Counted from the whole stretch's first letter, positions 37,461 to 51,294 are shown. The stretch: 62,844 nt of DNA, filler included, from Octopus bimaculoides (GCF_001194135.2; 3 parts of 3 records of this genome joined end to end with filler, not necessarily neighbours in it); one strand, 5' to 3'. Made by a program: numbers and translations. The notes: generated by a model from the letters alone, not told the origin.

Positions 37461-37872
37461 TTATGTCAGTACATATATCTTTGGTCAAGTGGATCAAACC
37501 ACTTTTGTATGATGCGTGCAACTTCAATCGTGTTACCTTATTTGTACAAAGCTCGGTTACGCGAGTTAACAACACAATACAAATGATTGTTGCGTTTTCC
37601 AGTCTTATATTTTTTCTATTACGGACTGTAAAACGTCACAAATAATTCAGGAGGATTCATCTATTGAGATAGAACAATAACTACCTCCTGTTTCATATCT
37701 TTTTACTAATGAACAAGAGATATATTCTGAGTTGTCTAAGTCTTTCTTTATTCAATACATGATTCTGTGGATGTATGTATGTATGACAGCTTGTGTCCGT
37801 TTGTGAGTCAGATATTTTACATTTGTAATACGTATGTGTATTTCCCCGCTTGGGTGGATTGCTTATTCTAAG

Positions 37873-38080
37873 GGGGCGAGCTGGCAGACACGTTAGCACG
37901 CTGGGAGAAATAGCGGTATTTCGTCTGTTTTTACGTTCTGAGTTCAAATTCCGCCGAGATCGACTTTGCCTTTCATCCTTTCGGAGTTGATAAATTAAGT
38001 ACCAGTTGCGTACTGGGGTCGGTCTAATCGACTTAATCTCCTCCCCAAAGTTTCGGGCCTTGTGCCTAGAGTAGAAAAGA
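37873..38080 (+). mobile_element. SINE family A
   Basis: Near-consensus match. Confidence 0.93.
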
Positions 38081-38104
38081 ATATGTATGCGTATTTTTTT
38101 TAAG

Positions 38105-38244
38105 AAGGCGGGCAGGCAGAATTGACGCCGGGTAAAATGCTCTGCGGCATTTCGTCTGTCTTTACGTTCTGAGTTCATATTCCGCCGAGGTCGACCTTGC
38201 CTTTCATCCTTTCGGGGTCGATAAAATAAATATCAGTTAAGCAC
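38105..38244 (+). mobile_element. SINE family A, in tandem with the previous copy, running into a gap
   Basis: Near-consensus match. Confidence 0.88.
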
Positions 38245-38344
38245 NNNNNNNNNNNNNNNNNNNNNNNNNNNNNNNNNNNNNNNNNNNNTTAATTAATTAA
38301 NNNNNNNNNNNNNNNNNNNNNNNNNNNNNNNNNNNNNNNNNNNN

Positions 38345-38377
<33 letters not shown>

Positions 38378-38712
38378 GAGTGTATGTATATAATTGCTAC
38401 AAATTAGATATTTTGAGATATTTATCTTAATTTAAAACCTAATTTTTATTTTTTAAAATCTTTATTTGATATTTTATACAATTCTCTCCTTTCCGTTTAT
38501 TTGTTTTTGTTTTCATCTAGTTTTTTTCCTTTTTTTTTTCTTCTCTCTTCTTTCGAAATCCATTCCGTGCAATCGCTTCTTAAGTAAATCTTCCAGTTAT
38601 GTCTTCAGTTAATAACATGCTATCACACGCTCAAGGCTGCAAGAAAACCGTAGTTTTAGATTATTATTGAAAATAATTGCATCGAAATCGAAATTGAATT
38701 TTTTGAGAAATT

Positions 38713-38753
<41 letters not shown>

Positions 38754-38754
38754 A

Positions 38755-39662
38755 AAGAACTAATAATGCCGATGTTGACAACGCCCTCATCCATCAATGG
38801 TTATTGCCTTCTGGCTTAAAATCAGAAACAGAATGGTTTATCATAACAGCCCAAGATCAATGTCTCCTTACAAGAAACTACCAGGCCAACATATTAGAGA
38901 ACGACAGTAGCCCAAAATGTCGTGTATGTAAAGAACAAAATGAAACCATTGATCATGTTGTCTCTATGCGCAGTCTTCTTGCGCCTACAGAGTATCTCAA
39001 CAGGCATGATAGAGCTGCACAATATATTCACTGGGTAATATGCAAAAACTGGACCTGCCCCATAATAAAAACTGGTGACAACACAAACCACCTCCAGGGC
39101 TTGAAAATGATCATATCTCACTCTTCTGGAACTTCACCGTTCAAACTGACAGAAAGACAGATGCGAATATGCCAGACATTATATTGAAAGACTTCAGACA
39201 AAAATCATGCCTCCTCATTGATATGACTGTCACAATCGAGATAAATGTATCTGCCAAGATCTACCAAAAAAGAGCAAGTATAATGACCTTGAAATAGAAA
39301 TTGGCAAAATGTGGAACCTCAAGACTAAAACAATACCTGTTGTCATAGGTGCCCTGCGAATGATAGCAAAAGAGGCTGATTCCTACCTATCTCAGTTACC
39401 AAGAAAGCCCAGAATGGCAGAAATTCAAAAGATAGTGCTCATGGGAACTGTCCATATCGTACGTAAAATACAGTTTATGCAATCTCAAATTTTAAAACAA
39501 ACTTATGATTTTCTTATGTTTTCTCAGACATTCTGTAGAACAATATGTACAAAACCAAATATATGATACCCAAGGCATAATACCAACTTGAATTTCTAAC
39601 TTGATGTCTCTTGAGGTCGCTGGGTGAGACTTGGAATCAACTTGTACAAATACAAAGCAAAA
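38755..39662 (+). mobile_element. 5'-truncated R4/Dong-clade non-LTR retrotransposon (zinc knuckle plus restriction-like endonuclease), frameshifted
   Basis: GLKSETE..AQDQ..TRNY, CRVC..ETIDH knuckle, RHD..A..IHW, PDIILKD..LLIDM..KY.DLEIEI..MW..KTIPVVIGAL. Confidence 0.9.
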
Positions 39663-39775
39663 NNNNNNNNNNNNNNNNNNNNNNNNNNNNNNNNNNNNNN
39701 NNNNNNNNNNNNNNNNNNNNNNNNNNNNNNNNNNNNNNNNNNNNNNNNNNNNNNNNNNNNNNNNNNNNNNNNNNN

Positions 39776-39965
39776 TAATCTGGTATAACATCTCATTTAA
39801 CCTAGAAGAGCCTATCAAAGTAGCCAGGGGTTTTCTGTCCTTAATAGAGAAAAACATTTCCGCAGAGGCCATAAGTATTTCAAACAATTCAACCCCCTTC
39901 CCGCCCATAATGTCAAGGTAAGCTACTCCTGCTTAGACTACATCGCCCACATAACCCGCCAACTC
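39776..39965 (+). mobile_element. Penelope-like RT C-terminal fragment
   Basis: With a frameshift: IWYN..F..KVARGFLSLIEKHF..HKYFKQFN..NVKVSYSC (cf. IWFNPPF..FL.LIDKHFP..KIFN...VKVSYSC). Confidence 0.75.
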
Positions 39966-40378
39966 CAACCTGCAACTTCCGAAACCCTATACCCTGCCCT
40001 CTATTAAAAGTTATTTTTAAAAAATAATGTACCAGCGTTCCCTTCATCATATATGCAGTAAGCACATTCGGTTAAAACGTCTTATTGGTGCGTTTTGTTT
40101 CTCTTATTTTTTCTCATGAGAAGATTGCATCATTTTACATTATTTTAATCCTTCTGGAATAATACCAACGTTTTCTCCGAAATATATGTCGGAAGTAAAA
40201 AGATTTGAATAACACCTCCGTTTAACTCCATTGATTTATTTATCTATGTTATTCAAAAGCATTTCACCAAAACCTGGAATTTCTACCTTTATAAGTAGGT
40301 TGTTACATCCTTGTTACTTATGTGAATTTTTGCTACCCTGGTAATTATTTATTTATTCTTTAAGTGTTATTTGTAAAC

Positions 40379-40419
<41 letters not shown>

Positions 40420-41009
40420 GCAAACGTATAAACATACCCGTACGCATATGTATAGTTTACAGTACACGCACACATTATTCATAAAGGCACACACATATAC
40501 GTAAGTATAAATGTATATTTATGTATGTATACACACACATGTTTGTATCTGTGTGCAAGCACTTAAGTATGTATATTGGAGTGTGCGTGTGTGTATGAGT
40601 GCGTGTGTTTTTGAATGTGTTATTCTTTTTTACACTGTATTAAGAGAAACCGAAAATATTATAACAAAAACAAAACAAATATGTAAATAAAATAAAACAT
40701 TCATATATCAACAGAAACGTCTCCAGTTCTTTCAAACTTAAGACTCAGTGAAGAAAAAAAATATTTTTGAAATTTATATATTGTGACTAAAAATTATACA
40801 TTACACAAAAAAAAATAAAAGACAATATAATAATAAGAACAATAATAAAACTGCATAAATCTTAAAAGAAACAAATAAAAGAAATATTTGAAAAAAAAAG
40901 GTTTGTGTGTGTTCTTTCTGTACGTCAACAAGATGGCAATTAAAAAAATATTTGATAACGTGTGTGTAGTGTGAGTGATGACATATATACGTGTACACGC
41001 AAACCTCAC

Positions 41010-41055
<46 letters not shown>

Positions 41056-41559
41056 GTATATGTATANNNNNNNNNNNNNNNNNNNNNNNNNNNNNNNNNN
41101 NNNNNNNNNNNNNNNNNNNNNNNNNNNNNNNNNNNNNNNNNNNNNNNNNNNNNNNNNNNNNNNNNNNNNNNNNNNNNNNNNNNNNNNNNNNNNNNNNNNN
41201 NNNNNNNNNNNNNNNNNNNNNNNNNNNNNNNNNNNNNNNNNNNNNNNNNNNNNNNNNNNNNNNNNNNNNNNNNNNNNNNNNNNNNNNNNNNNNNNNNNNN
41301 NNNNNNNNNNNNNNNNNNNNNNNNNNNNNNNNNNNNNNNNNNNNNNNNNNNNNNNNNNNNNNNNNNNNNNNNNNNNNNNNNNNNNNNNNNNNNNNNNNNN
41401 NNNNNNNNNNNNNNNNNNNNNNNNNNNNNNTATATATAGTATGGGTTTCCACACATTCTCCGTCTACCAAATTCATTCACAAAATACGAAATGAAGTGGT
41501 TGGAAAGCACTTTTCATAACCGCAGCCATGCATTGAATGAAAATCAAAGGCACTTCAGC

Positions 41560-42450
41560 AGTTCTTAGAATGGTGAACCCAAGCCAAAATTATCTAGTTA
41601 TCTCACTATTCTGCTTTCTGAAATCTTAACGCCGGTTTTTGAATAATTAGGCCTAAATTTTATAATGGACTTAAAGCCAGGGGTTTTTGCGTAACACTCA
41701 CAAGGAAAGGCCTCATCAATGAACTGTGAGGGGATTTGAAAGTCTCCATTAACTCTGTCTCGAATCTTCGAAGCCTATATCATTCCACATTTACCTTTAC
41801 TGCCGCTCTGATCTTCCACATCATGAAATAAAGTCAAATCCGAAACCCCGGCTTTTGAGGATAAAAAAACAAAAAATTGTACTGACATAGGGGATTATGT
41901 CAAAAGTGGTTACAAGGAATTATGATTAAAGGAAGTCGCAAATGACATAGCTAAAATTAGCAAGGAAAATCAAGCTTTCACTGTTGTTTTAGCAGCCAGA
42001 GTAAAATCTGTGACAGAATTTCGGTGGCATTTCAGAAGTGTTGCATGAAACGCTGGCATCTTGAAAAACAGCCGCAAGTGAGGTAAGCCCTGTTCGTTGT
42101 ACCACAACATAAGTCGAGTGAATTTCATCACAAATCATAACAGAAATGTTATAATTTCTACAGAAGGTGGAACGTGTAGAGATTCCATTTATGTGTACGG
42201 AACAGAATGCTCCAAATACTACTTGATTTATGTTGGTTGTATAACAGAATTATTAAATAAAAGTTTCATTGGGCATAGGCATGAAGTCAGAAACAAAAGC
42301 AGTAGTTCTACGGAATTTAGCGAACATTTTACATCAAACGGCTGTAATTTTGAGTAACGTATTCTCAGAAAATCTTCTGATTCTACTACACTTTTCGACC
42401 AGGAGGAATGAATTAAATTACAGGTGGATTTCGCCACATTTACACAAAAT
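41560..42450 (+). mobile_element. Decayed Penelope-like element, RT end plus GIY-YIG endonuclease
   Basis: ORF 42097-42357: TC..IYVYGTECSKYYLIYVGC..LNKSFIGHRHEV..EFSEHF..NGC (GIY-YIG with the PLE Cys/His pattern); upstream SGY motif. Confidence 0.75.
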
Positions 42451-42994
42451 TATATAACTAGTATTTACTTTCCTGTTATTTATTTTCTTTTNNNNNNNNN
42501 NNNNNNNNNNNNNNNNNNNNNNNNNNNNNNNNNNNNNNNNNNNNNNNNNNNNNNNNNNNNNNNNNNNNNNNNNNNNNNNNNNNNNNNNNNNNNNNNNNNN
42601 NNNNNNNNNNNNNNNNNNNNNNNNNNNNNNNNNNNNNNNNNNNNNNNNNNNNNNNNNNNNNNNNNNNNNNNNNNNNNNNNNNNNNNNNNNNNNNNNNNNN
42701 NNNNNNNNNNNNNNNNNNNNNNNNNNNNNNNNNNNNNNNNNNNNNNNNNNNNNNNNNNNNNNNNNNNNNNNNNNNNNNNNNNNNNNNNNNNNNNNNNNNN
42801 NNNNNNNNNNNNNNNNNNNNNNNNNNNNNNNNNNNNNNNNNNNNNNNNNNNNNNNNNNNNNNNNNNNNNNNNNNNNNNNNNTCTTCTTCTTCTTCTTCTT
42901 CTTCTTCTTCTTCTTCTTCTTCTTCTTCTTCTTTGTCTTCTTCTTTGTCTTCTTCTTTGTCTTCTTCTTCGTCTTCTTCTTCTTCTTCTTCTTC

Positions 42995-43040
<46 letters not shown>

Positions 43041-43076
43041 CATCATCATCATCATCATCATCATCATTATTATTAA

Positions 43077-43114
<38 letters not shown>

Positions 43115-43621
43115 CATTATTATTATTTCATGGCAATTAGTAAGTACATTTTGTTCCACAAATTCTTTGGAAAATTTCTACTGCAAAAGTAAAATGACGA
43201 GGAAAAAAATTGTAAGATGATAAATTGAAATGTAGGAGGAATTCCTGACTCCTGGAATTGCTAGGAAGGGATTTTGTCCTGTATCTCTGTGAATATTTGA
43301 ATTCAGCATCTTTATTACGATCATCGAGTGTATCGTGTTTTATGAGATATCATATCTAGGTTTTGATTATAGAAAATATTGCGCGGATCTAATTTTCAAA
43401 CGATAAGTTTTAATCGGGTGGCTGCTCTTTCTTGCAAGACGTACCACTACGCAGAGTCTCTTTACTGGAGTTTGGCAAGTTAATGAGAGAATTCTACGTA
43501 ATTTTCAAAATTTCTATTTTATGTTGTTTGATTTTCGCAGAAGGAAACGGAAATTTACAACACAGATTACTAACTATGCCCTTATTATAATAGGAACGTT
43601 GGTAGAGTTCCAAGCACAATT

Positions 43622-43698
43622 TCACTCCCGAGGAATCGAACCCGAAATTCCTGTGTTCGTGTGTGAAAATAATGATAACCAACAAACAGTATGCTGGC
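43622..43698 (-). pseudogene. tRNA-like relic or SINE head
   Basis: Reverse complement contains a B-box GGGTTCGATTCC with a plausible upstream A-box-like TGGTTA; cloverleaf not intact. Confidence 0.4.
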
Positions 43699-44539
43699 AA
43701 CCATTGATGGCATCAACAAAGAACTACTCATTCGGATCTTTGCAAGACAGAACGAAAACTTGTTTTATTTTTTTCTTTTATGTTCAGTTAGTTGATGCTT
43801 AACTCATTAGATCTAAATTGTATTAAAAGAAAAACACGTGGGATTATCATTAACGATTTTGTCTTTGGTGCCTTTTTGTCTTTTGATACACGTTGGCTGC
43901 ATATTATATAATCAACATCGCCGATGGAATCCGATTATTATCATTGGTCACACACGCACGCACACACGCGCACAGACACACACGCTCACACACACGCACA
44001 CACGCACACACACACACAAACACGCACGCACACAAACACAAACACGCACGCACGCACACACACACATACACCTAGATCTCACGGAAATACACAAGGGTTG
44101 ATTCCCTTAGTGTAAATATAGTTGTAACGACAACATTTCTCTGTTTGGGATAATAAATAACTTTGTATTTGGAACTTCATATTAGTTTTTTGTTCTCTCT
44201 ACTAAACGAAAACATACTTTCGTAACAGAATACATCAGTAGTAAATGACTTTGTAAGTGCAAGATCGACTTATTTAATTTTGATATTTTGATAATGCCTT
44301 GCAGTCTCCTCCATTTGCTGGAGGCCTCGAGACGTGCTTCTACACAAGAGAACAGGTGACTAATTAATAAGTCTGAAAATGTTAACAAGATGTTCGGAAG
44401 AAGCATCGCTTGTTTTTAAGAGAAACAGAAGTTGAGTGTCAAAAGTTTTCAGTTTACCAAGAAAATATTTAGCAACGCAAACAATAAAAGCAACAACATC
44501 AATGACGACGAAGATGATGATGAAGAAGAAGAAAACGAA

Positions 44540-44571
<32 letters not shown>

Positions 44572-45307
44572 TACCAGCAGCAAATACAAATGCAGCAACA
44601 AGAATATTAACTAAAAACATAATGAACGACAACGAAAGCAAAAAAGAACAGCGACAATAACTACAGTTATAACAACAGAAACAGCATCCACGATATGATA
44701 AACAAAGAATAACATCTGAACAACAAGAGCAATAAAAACTAAAAAAGAAGAAAAAATGTGATGAGATAATTTAAGAAAAAATAGCAAGGTTAACAAACAA
44801 AAGAAACAAAAAAATTGCGATTTTATTATCAATCTTGTCAGAGAAACATAGTGCAGGTGTGTATTTATGAAATCACCTGCTAACAGATATACATATATAC
44901 ACGCACGCACACACACACACACACAGAAACACACGCACCCGCGAACGCGCGCACGCACGCACAAAATCACACACATAAATATATATATATATATATGTAT
45001 GCATACTTGTGTATGTGGGTATATCTATACACCTTCTTATTTATTAAACCTAATATGGAATGAAGAAAACTTTGTGCAATACATGTTTATATCAAGATGG
45101 AATAATTGTGATTGTATATTTCGCATGTATATGTGTATAGATAAATATGCAAGCATGCATACATACATACATACACATATACATACAAACATACATACAT
45201 CCATTCATCCATCCATACATACATACATACATATATACATACATATTTGCATATATATACACACATACATATATACACATACATATACGTATGTATATGT
45301 ATATGCT

Positions 45308-45355
<48 letters not shown>

Positions 45356-45439
45356 CCTTCGGAGAGGCATTATGCCGGTAATAAACACACGCACTGGTTC
45401 AGTCCTTTATTAATTTATATAGTTTTTTGTTAAATTATT

Positions 45440-46691
45440 TCATTGTACTCTTGCAATCTCTTCAGTAACTTGTCTCTCCANNNNNNNNNNNNNNNNNNNN
45501 NNNNNNNNNNNNNNNNNNNNNNNNNNNNNNNNNNNNNNNNNNNNNNNNNNNNNNNNNNNNNNNNNNNNNNNNNNNNNNNNNNNNNNNNNNNNNNNNNNNN
45601 NNNNNNNNNNNNNNNNNNNNNNNNNNNNNNNNNNNNNNNNNNNNNNNNNNNNNNNNNNNNNNNNNNNNNNNNNNNNNNNNNNNNNNNNNNNNNNNNNNNN
45701 NNNNNNNNNNNNNNNNNNNNNNNNNNNNNNNNNNNNNNNNNNNNNNNNNNNNNNNNNNNNNNNNNNNNNNNNNNNNNNNNNNNNNNNNNNNNNNNNNNNN
45801 NNNNNNNNNNNNNNNNNNNNNNNNNNNNNNNNNNNNNNNNNNNNNNNNNNNNNNNNNNNNNNNNNNNNNNNNNNNNNNNNNNNNNNNNNNNNNNNNNNNN
45901 NNNNNNNNNNNNNNNNNNNNNNNNNNNNNNNNNNNNNNNNNNNNNNNNNNNNNNNNNNNNNNNNNNNNNNNNNNNNNNNNNNNNNNNNNNNNNNNNNNNN
46001 NNNNNNNNNNNNNNNNNNNNNNNNNNNNNNNNNNNNNNNNNNNNNNNNNNNNNNNNNNNNNNNNNNNNNNNNNNNNNNNNNNNNNNNNNNNNNNNNNNNN
46101 NNNNNNNNNNNNNNNNNNNNNNNNNNNNNNNNNNNNNNNNNNNNNNNNNNNNNNNNNNNNNNNNNNNNNNNNNNNNNNNNNNNNNNNNNNNNNNNNNNNN
46201 NNNNNNNNNNNNNNNNNNNNNNNNNNNNNNNNNNNNNNNNNNNNNNNNNNNNNNNNNNNNNNNNNNNNNNNNNNNNNNNNNNNNNNNNNNNNNNNNNNNN
46301 NNNNNNNNNNNNNNNNNNNNNNNNNNNNNNNNNNNNNNNNNNNNNNNNNNNNNNNNNNNNNNNNNNNNNNNNNNNNNNNNNNNNNNNNNNNNNNNNNNNN
46401 NNNNNNNNNNNNNNNNNNNNNNNNNNNNNNNNNNNNNNNNNNNNNNNNNNNNNNNNNNNNNNNNNTAATCCTTTGTAGTCTATTCCACTGTTTGTTACAG
46501 TATCTAGGTTGTGTTCCATTTGTATCTTTGACAACAATCTCCTCAAATTTCTTGTTAGCTCCTCTGTATACCCGGATTCTATCTTTCTGGCTGTATCCCG
46601 AAAATTGCATGCGATGCATGAAGTCTTGAATATGTTTTTGCCCCTCCCATGGACCGCACAGGGGGGATATGTTTTTCATTATTCTAACCAA
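45440..46691 (-). mobile_element. Penelope-like RT C-terminal region, mostly hidden by a gap
   Basis: MVRIMKNISP..PWE..HIQDFMHRMQFSGY..R..VY..D..G..PRY.NKQWNR resembles PLE RT thumb regions. Confidence 0.65.
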
Positions 46692-47240
46692 ATCGGTTAT
46701 ATATATATATATTCATATATTCATGTATATGTGTGAGTGTGTGTGTGTGTGTGTGTGCGAGCGCACGAGCATGTATGTTTGTGCATTACGATGTATTTAT
46801 CGGTTTCTACACATAGATATGTGTGTATGTGTGTATAAAAATTAGATTGTGCTGCCAGTATATATATGGGCACAGGACGTCACCAACAGGAAATAACATG
46901 TAATACGAAAACAAATGAATTAAATACGCAAATAATGAGAGAAATAAATAGAAATAAATGGGAAACAAGGCAAGTAATACAAAGAACGACCCTTCATCCG
47001 TTTTCGGCTGTCTATCTTCTTCCCATTTCGAGCAATCAACAACAATACAAGTCTTCGAAGACAGTTGCTCCCATAAATACCAAAAATAATTTTTTTGTTT
47101 TGTGGAGGCTCAAAGTTACGAACAAAAATAGGACAGTGGAAACATAGAAGAAAACGGAACGAAAACTAACATGGAGGGTCGTTAAACCTGAACGAGGGGA
47201 AAATAGTGAACGCCGAGAGAAATATTTTCTGTGAAAAGAG

Positions 47241-47277
<37 letters not shown>

Positions 47278-47672
47278 CTAGATAGATACATTTCTTTTAT
47301 TAGCCACACAGGGCTCAACGAAGATGGGACAAATACAATGTAGAGCTTTTCTTNNNNNNNNNNNNNNNNNNNNNNNNNNNNNNNNNNNNNNNNNNNNNNN
47401 NNNNNNNNNNNNNNNNNNNNNNNNNNNNNNNNNNNNNNNNNNNNNNNNNNNNNNNNNNNNNNNNNNNNNNNNNNNNNNNNNNNNNNNNNNNNNNNNNNNN
47501 NNNNNNNNNNNNNNNNNNNNNNNNNNNNNNNNNNNNNNNNNNNNNNNNNNNNNNNNNNNNNNNNNNNNNNNNNNNNNNNNNNNNNNNNNNNNNNNNNNNN
47601 NNNNNNNNNNNNNNNNNNNNNNNNNNNNNNNNNNNNNNNNNNNNTTTATTTTTTTTTCTTGGATTTTTTTTT

Positions 47673-47739
<67 letters not shown>

Positions 47740-47841
47740 GTAGGTAGGTAGGCAGGTAGATAGATAGATAGACGAACAGATAGATAGATAAATAGATAGA
47801 TAGACAGACAAACAGACAAACAGGCAGACAGACAGGCAGAC

Positions 47842-47934
<93 letters not shown>

Positions 47935-48375
47935 TACAATACACATGCACATACACATATGTGCTTGCATATGTACGTGCTTCTACGAATGAATGTAGTG
48001 TTCTATGCACGAAATAGGGAACAAACTGGAGTCATCGCTCTTCTTCAACAATTTCATATTGAGCCTCGTTATTCATGTGTCAACAACAGAGTGAGCGAGA
48101 TCAGAGATTTACTGCCAAAATATGTCAGATCCTGTGATTGATCGTGGCTCCAGGCTCACATTTCTATTGAACAACACCTTCTTTCTTTACGTATCTCGCA
48201 CCTCTTCTGCTCTCCCTCTCCCTTGCTCTCTCTCTTTGAGACTTGTTATATATATATATGTGTGTATGTGTGTGTGTGTGTGTATGTGTGTATTTATGTA
48301 TGCATTTATGTATATATGTATGTATGTATATATATATTTATGTATAAATATATTACGTATTTATCTATCTATCTA

Positions 48376-48457
<82 letters not shown>

Positions 48458-48480
48458 TGTATCTATAGATATATATGTAT

Positions 48481-48563
48481 ATCTATACGTATACAAATAT
48501 TTGCATATATGCACTAACTCACAGATAATCGTATATACAAAATATGTGTATTTATGTGTGTGC

Positions 48564-48606
<43 letters not shown>

Positions 48607-48633
48607 TGTGTGTGTCTGTGCGTGTGTGTGTGC

Positions 48634-48664
<31 letters not shown>

Positions 48665-48766
48665 TACATAAATACTCATATATTGTATATATATTTATCT
48701 GTGAGTTAGTGCATATATGTAAATATTTGTATTCGCATAAATATGCATATATATATATATATATAT

Positions 48767-48825
<59 letters not shown>

Positions 48826-48898
48826 CATATACATGTATATCTATAGGTATACAAATATTTGCATACATGTACTAACTCACAGATAAATATGTATACAA
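48481..48898. repeat. Three copies of a ~55-bp module in +/-/+ orientation within microsatellites
   Basis: 48481-48540, 48683-48732 (inverted) and 48839-48898. Confidence 0.9.
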
Positions 48899-49044
48899 TA
48901 TAGATACATATATATATATACATATAAATATTTGCATACATATATGCATGTTTGTGTGTGTATACATATATATTACTACGTACGTATGCATACGTATACA
49001 TACATGTGTTTGTGTACATATGCGTAAGTACATCATGCAAACAT

Positions 49045-49081
<37 letters not shown>

Positions 49082-49700
49082 GGTGAGAGAAAGGCGGAGG
49101 GAGAGAGAGGGAGAGTGAGATAGAGCGAGCACGTGCAATCATAACTATATAAGTTTCAAATTAGCAACAGAAGACAAACCGATACAACATATCTATACCG
49201 AGAAGATTACTTCAGAACCACTTAGACCCTATTCTCTGGAGAGAAGATTGCAAGTTTAATGCAGTTCTCCTCTCTCTCTTTCTTTCTCTCTCTCTTTCTC
49301 TCTCTCTGTCTATCTATCTCCCTTTCTCTCTTTCTCTCTTTCTCTCTCTCTCTCTATATATATATGTATGTAAAGTAAAAGTTAGAGGCAATACTTGACA
49401 ATTGTAAGCACCTGTGTATGCCAGCTCGTGGTTGAGGTGAAAGAATAAATTGTAAATGCAAAAAATAACAACAAAAACACAAAGGATTCTGCGGTACACG
49501 TGTTTCAAGCTTTATATCAGTGTATATATATGTATGTAAAGTAAAAGNNNNNNNNNNNNNNNNNNNNNNNNNNNNNNNNNNNNNNNNNNNNNNNNNNNNN
49601 NNNNNNNNNNNNNNNNNNNNNNNNNNNNNNNNNNNNNNNNNNNNNNNNNNNNNNNNATATATATATATATATATGTATACACGTATGTATGTTTATATGC

Positions 49701-49737
<37 letters not shown>

Positions 49738-49831
49738 TTAGACAGTGCATAAATTATGGTCATTTCAAATTTCTTTATTTATAATTTTGACTTACAGCTG
49801 TTTCTAGTAGTCATTATATATCTTTTATTTA

Positions 49832-50042
49832 GGCCGCTAGGTGGCAGAATCGTTAGCGCGCCGGGAGATATTCTTAGCGGTATTTCGCCCCGTCGCTACG
49901 TTCTGTGTTCAAATGTCTCCGAGGTCGACTTCGCGTTTTATCCTTTCGGGGTCGATTAAATAAGTAGCAGTTACGCACGGGGTCGATGTAATCGACTGAA
50001 TCCCTTCCCCCAAGCTGCTCTTGTGTCAAAAAATTTGGAATC
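49832..50042 (+). mobile_element. SINE family A
   Basis: Match to the family consensus. Confidence 0.88.
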
Positions 50043-50119
50043 ATTATATCTTCGTTATGAATTGTGTTACTCAGTTGACTGATGGAGAAAAATTGAACAA
50101 CCCAGAGAAATTGACTGAC

Positions 50120-50210
50120 CTAAAGAATTAATGCTACTTTCCTTAGCATTAATTCTTTAGAGCATAATTTAGAGCCATTTCTGGTTATAACCAGAAATGG
50201 CTCTAAAGAA
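50120..50210. repeat. Two adjacent perfect inverted repeats (17-bp stem hairpin; 40-bp palindrome)
   Basis: ctaaagaattaatgcta-ctttcct-tagcattaattctttag; tttagagccatttctggtta|taaccagaaatggctctaaa. Confidence 0.97.
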
Positions 50211-51154
50211 ATTATGGTAATAGACCAGATGAACCCACATCACATCATGAAACGCAAAGTCCAGCTCAGTCCGTCTCATAACTTCATCAGGACCGCTTAC
50301 AGAGACAGGATTAGGAGGTGACGCTAAACTAACCCAGCATTAGTGCTAATGGTGGGGACACCAGTATGGTCGCAGCCGCTGGTTGAAACTGGTAACAGAA
50401 GAATATGTATAATATATATAATCTTATAAATAACTAGGCGACGGTTTATGCTCTATAATGAAAGAGTTATTATGCTATAAATGTCTATGCATTCTGTTTA
50501 ATAAAATCCAGTGACTCAGTACAATTAAAAACATAAAAATAAAGATATGTGGATAAAAGTGTTTTATGTTACATAAGTAAACACCTGTTGTATGAAAGTT
50601 TATATATAAATGCGAATTAAGATCTTGTTTTAGGTGATGCACTGAGGAATTGTTGACCTGTTATGTATTAAACAGGCCTGGATCTGGGTTACGTAATAAT
50701 CTGTTATACGTTTAATGCGTAAACAAAAGTTCTTATATAAGTAATAAAGAATTGTTAAACTGGGTGATTGAAAAGTACTTTCAGCATTTAAATGATGAAC
50801 AGTATCAAAATACTACAGGGACTTTTAAATCAGGCCTTTGAGTCATATTATCACGTAAAATATTAAGTGGAGAAAATGGAAAGACAAGACAACGGGCATA
50901 TTCTGGTCTTGGAGAAGAGAATTCAAGTGCGCATGTACAGGACATAGGGAGTATAGTATGGATAGGAGTGTAGTGGAGAAAGAACTACTGGCAAAGAGAG
51001 GAGGAAGAAAGAGAAAGAGAAAAGGGGACGGATAGTGGAAATAATAAAAAAAAAGACTATACACAGCGAACATGGCTATTGCGTGTCTTTATTACATTGG
51101 CCATGAATTGGATATTAATACGATGTAAGAGAGAGGCAAACTAAGAAGGAAATA

Positions 51155-51185
<31 letters not shown>

Positions 51186-51234
51186 CATATATATATATAT
51201 ATACACATGCAAATATATATGTATGTATAAATGA

Positions 51235-51294
<60 letters not shown>

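Noticed and set aside
49314-49508. ORF resembling a signal-anchor N-terminus (KHVYRRILCVFVVIFCIYNLFF)
   Set aside because: Starts at TTG just after a stop, has weak splice signals and runs into microsatellite
49357-49547. Direct repeat tatatgtatgtaaagtaaaag flanking a ~140-bp segment, resembling a TSD
   Set aside because: The second copy ends exactly at a gap edge, so it is likely an assembly overlap; cannot be resolved here
50225-50300. Partial hammerhead-like words (CAGATGA..GAAAC..GTC; minus-strand CTGATGA)
   Set aside because: Stems I and II do not form
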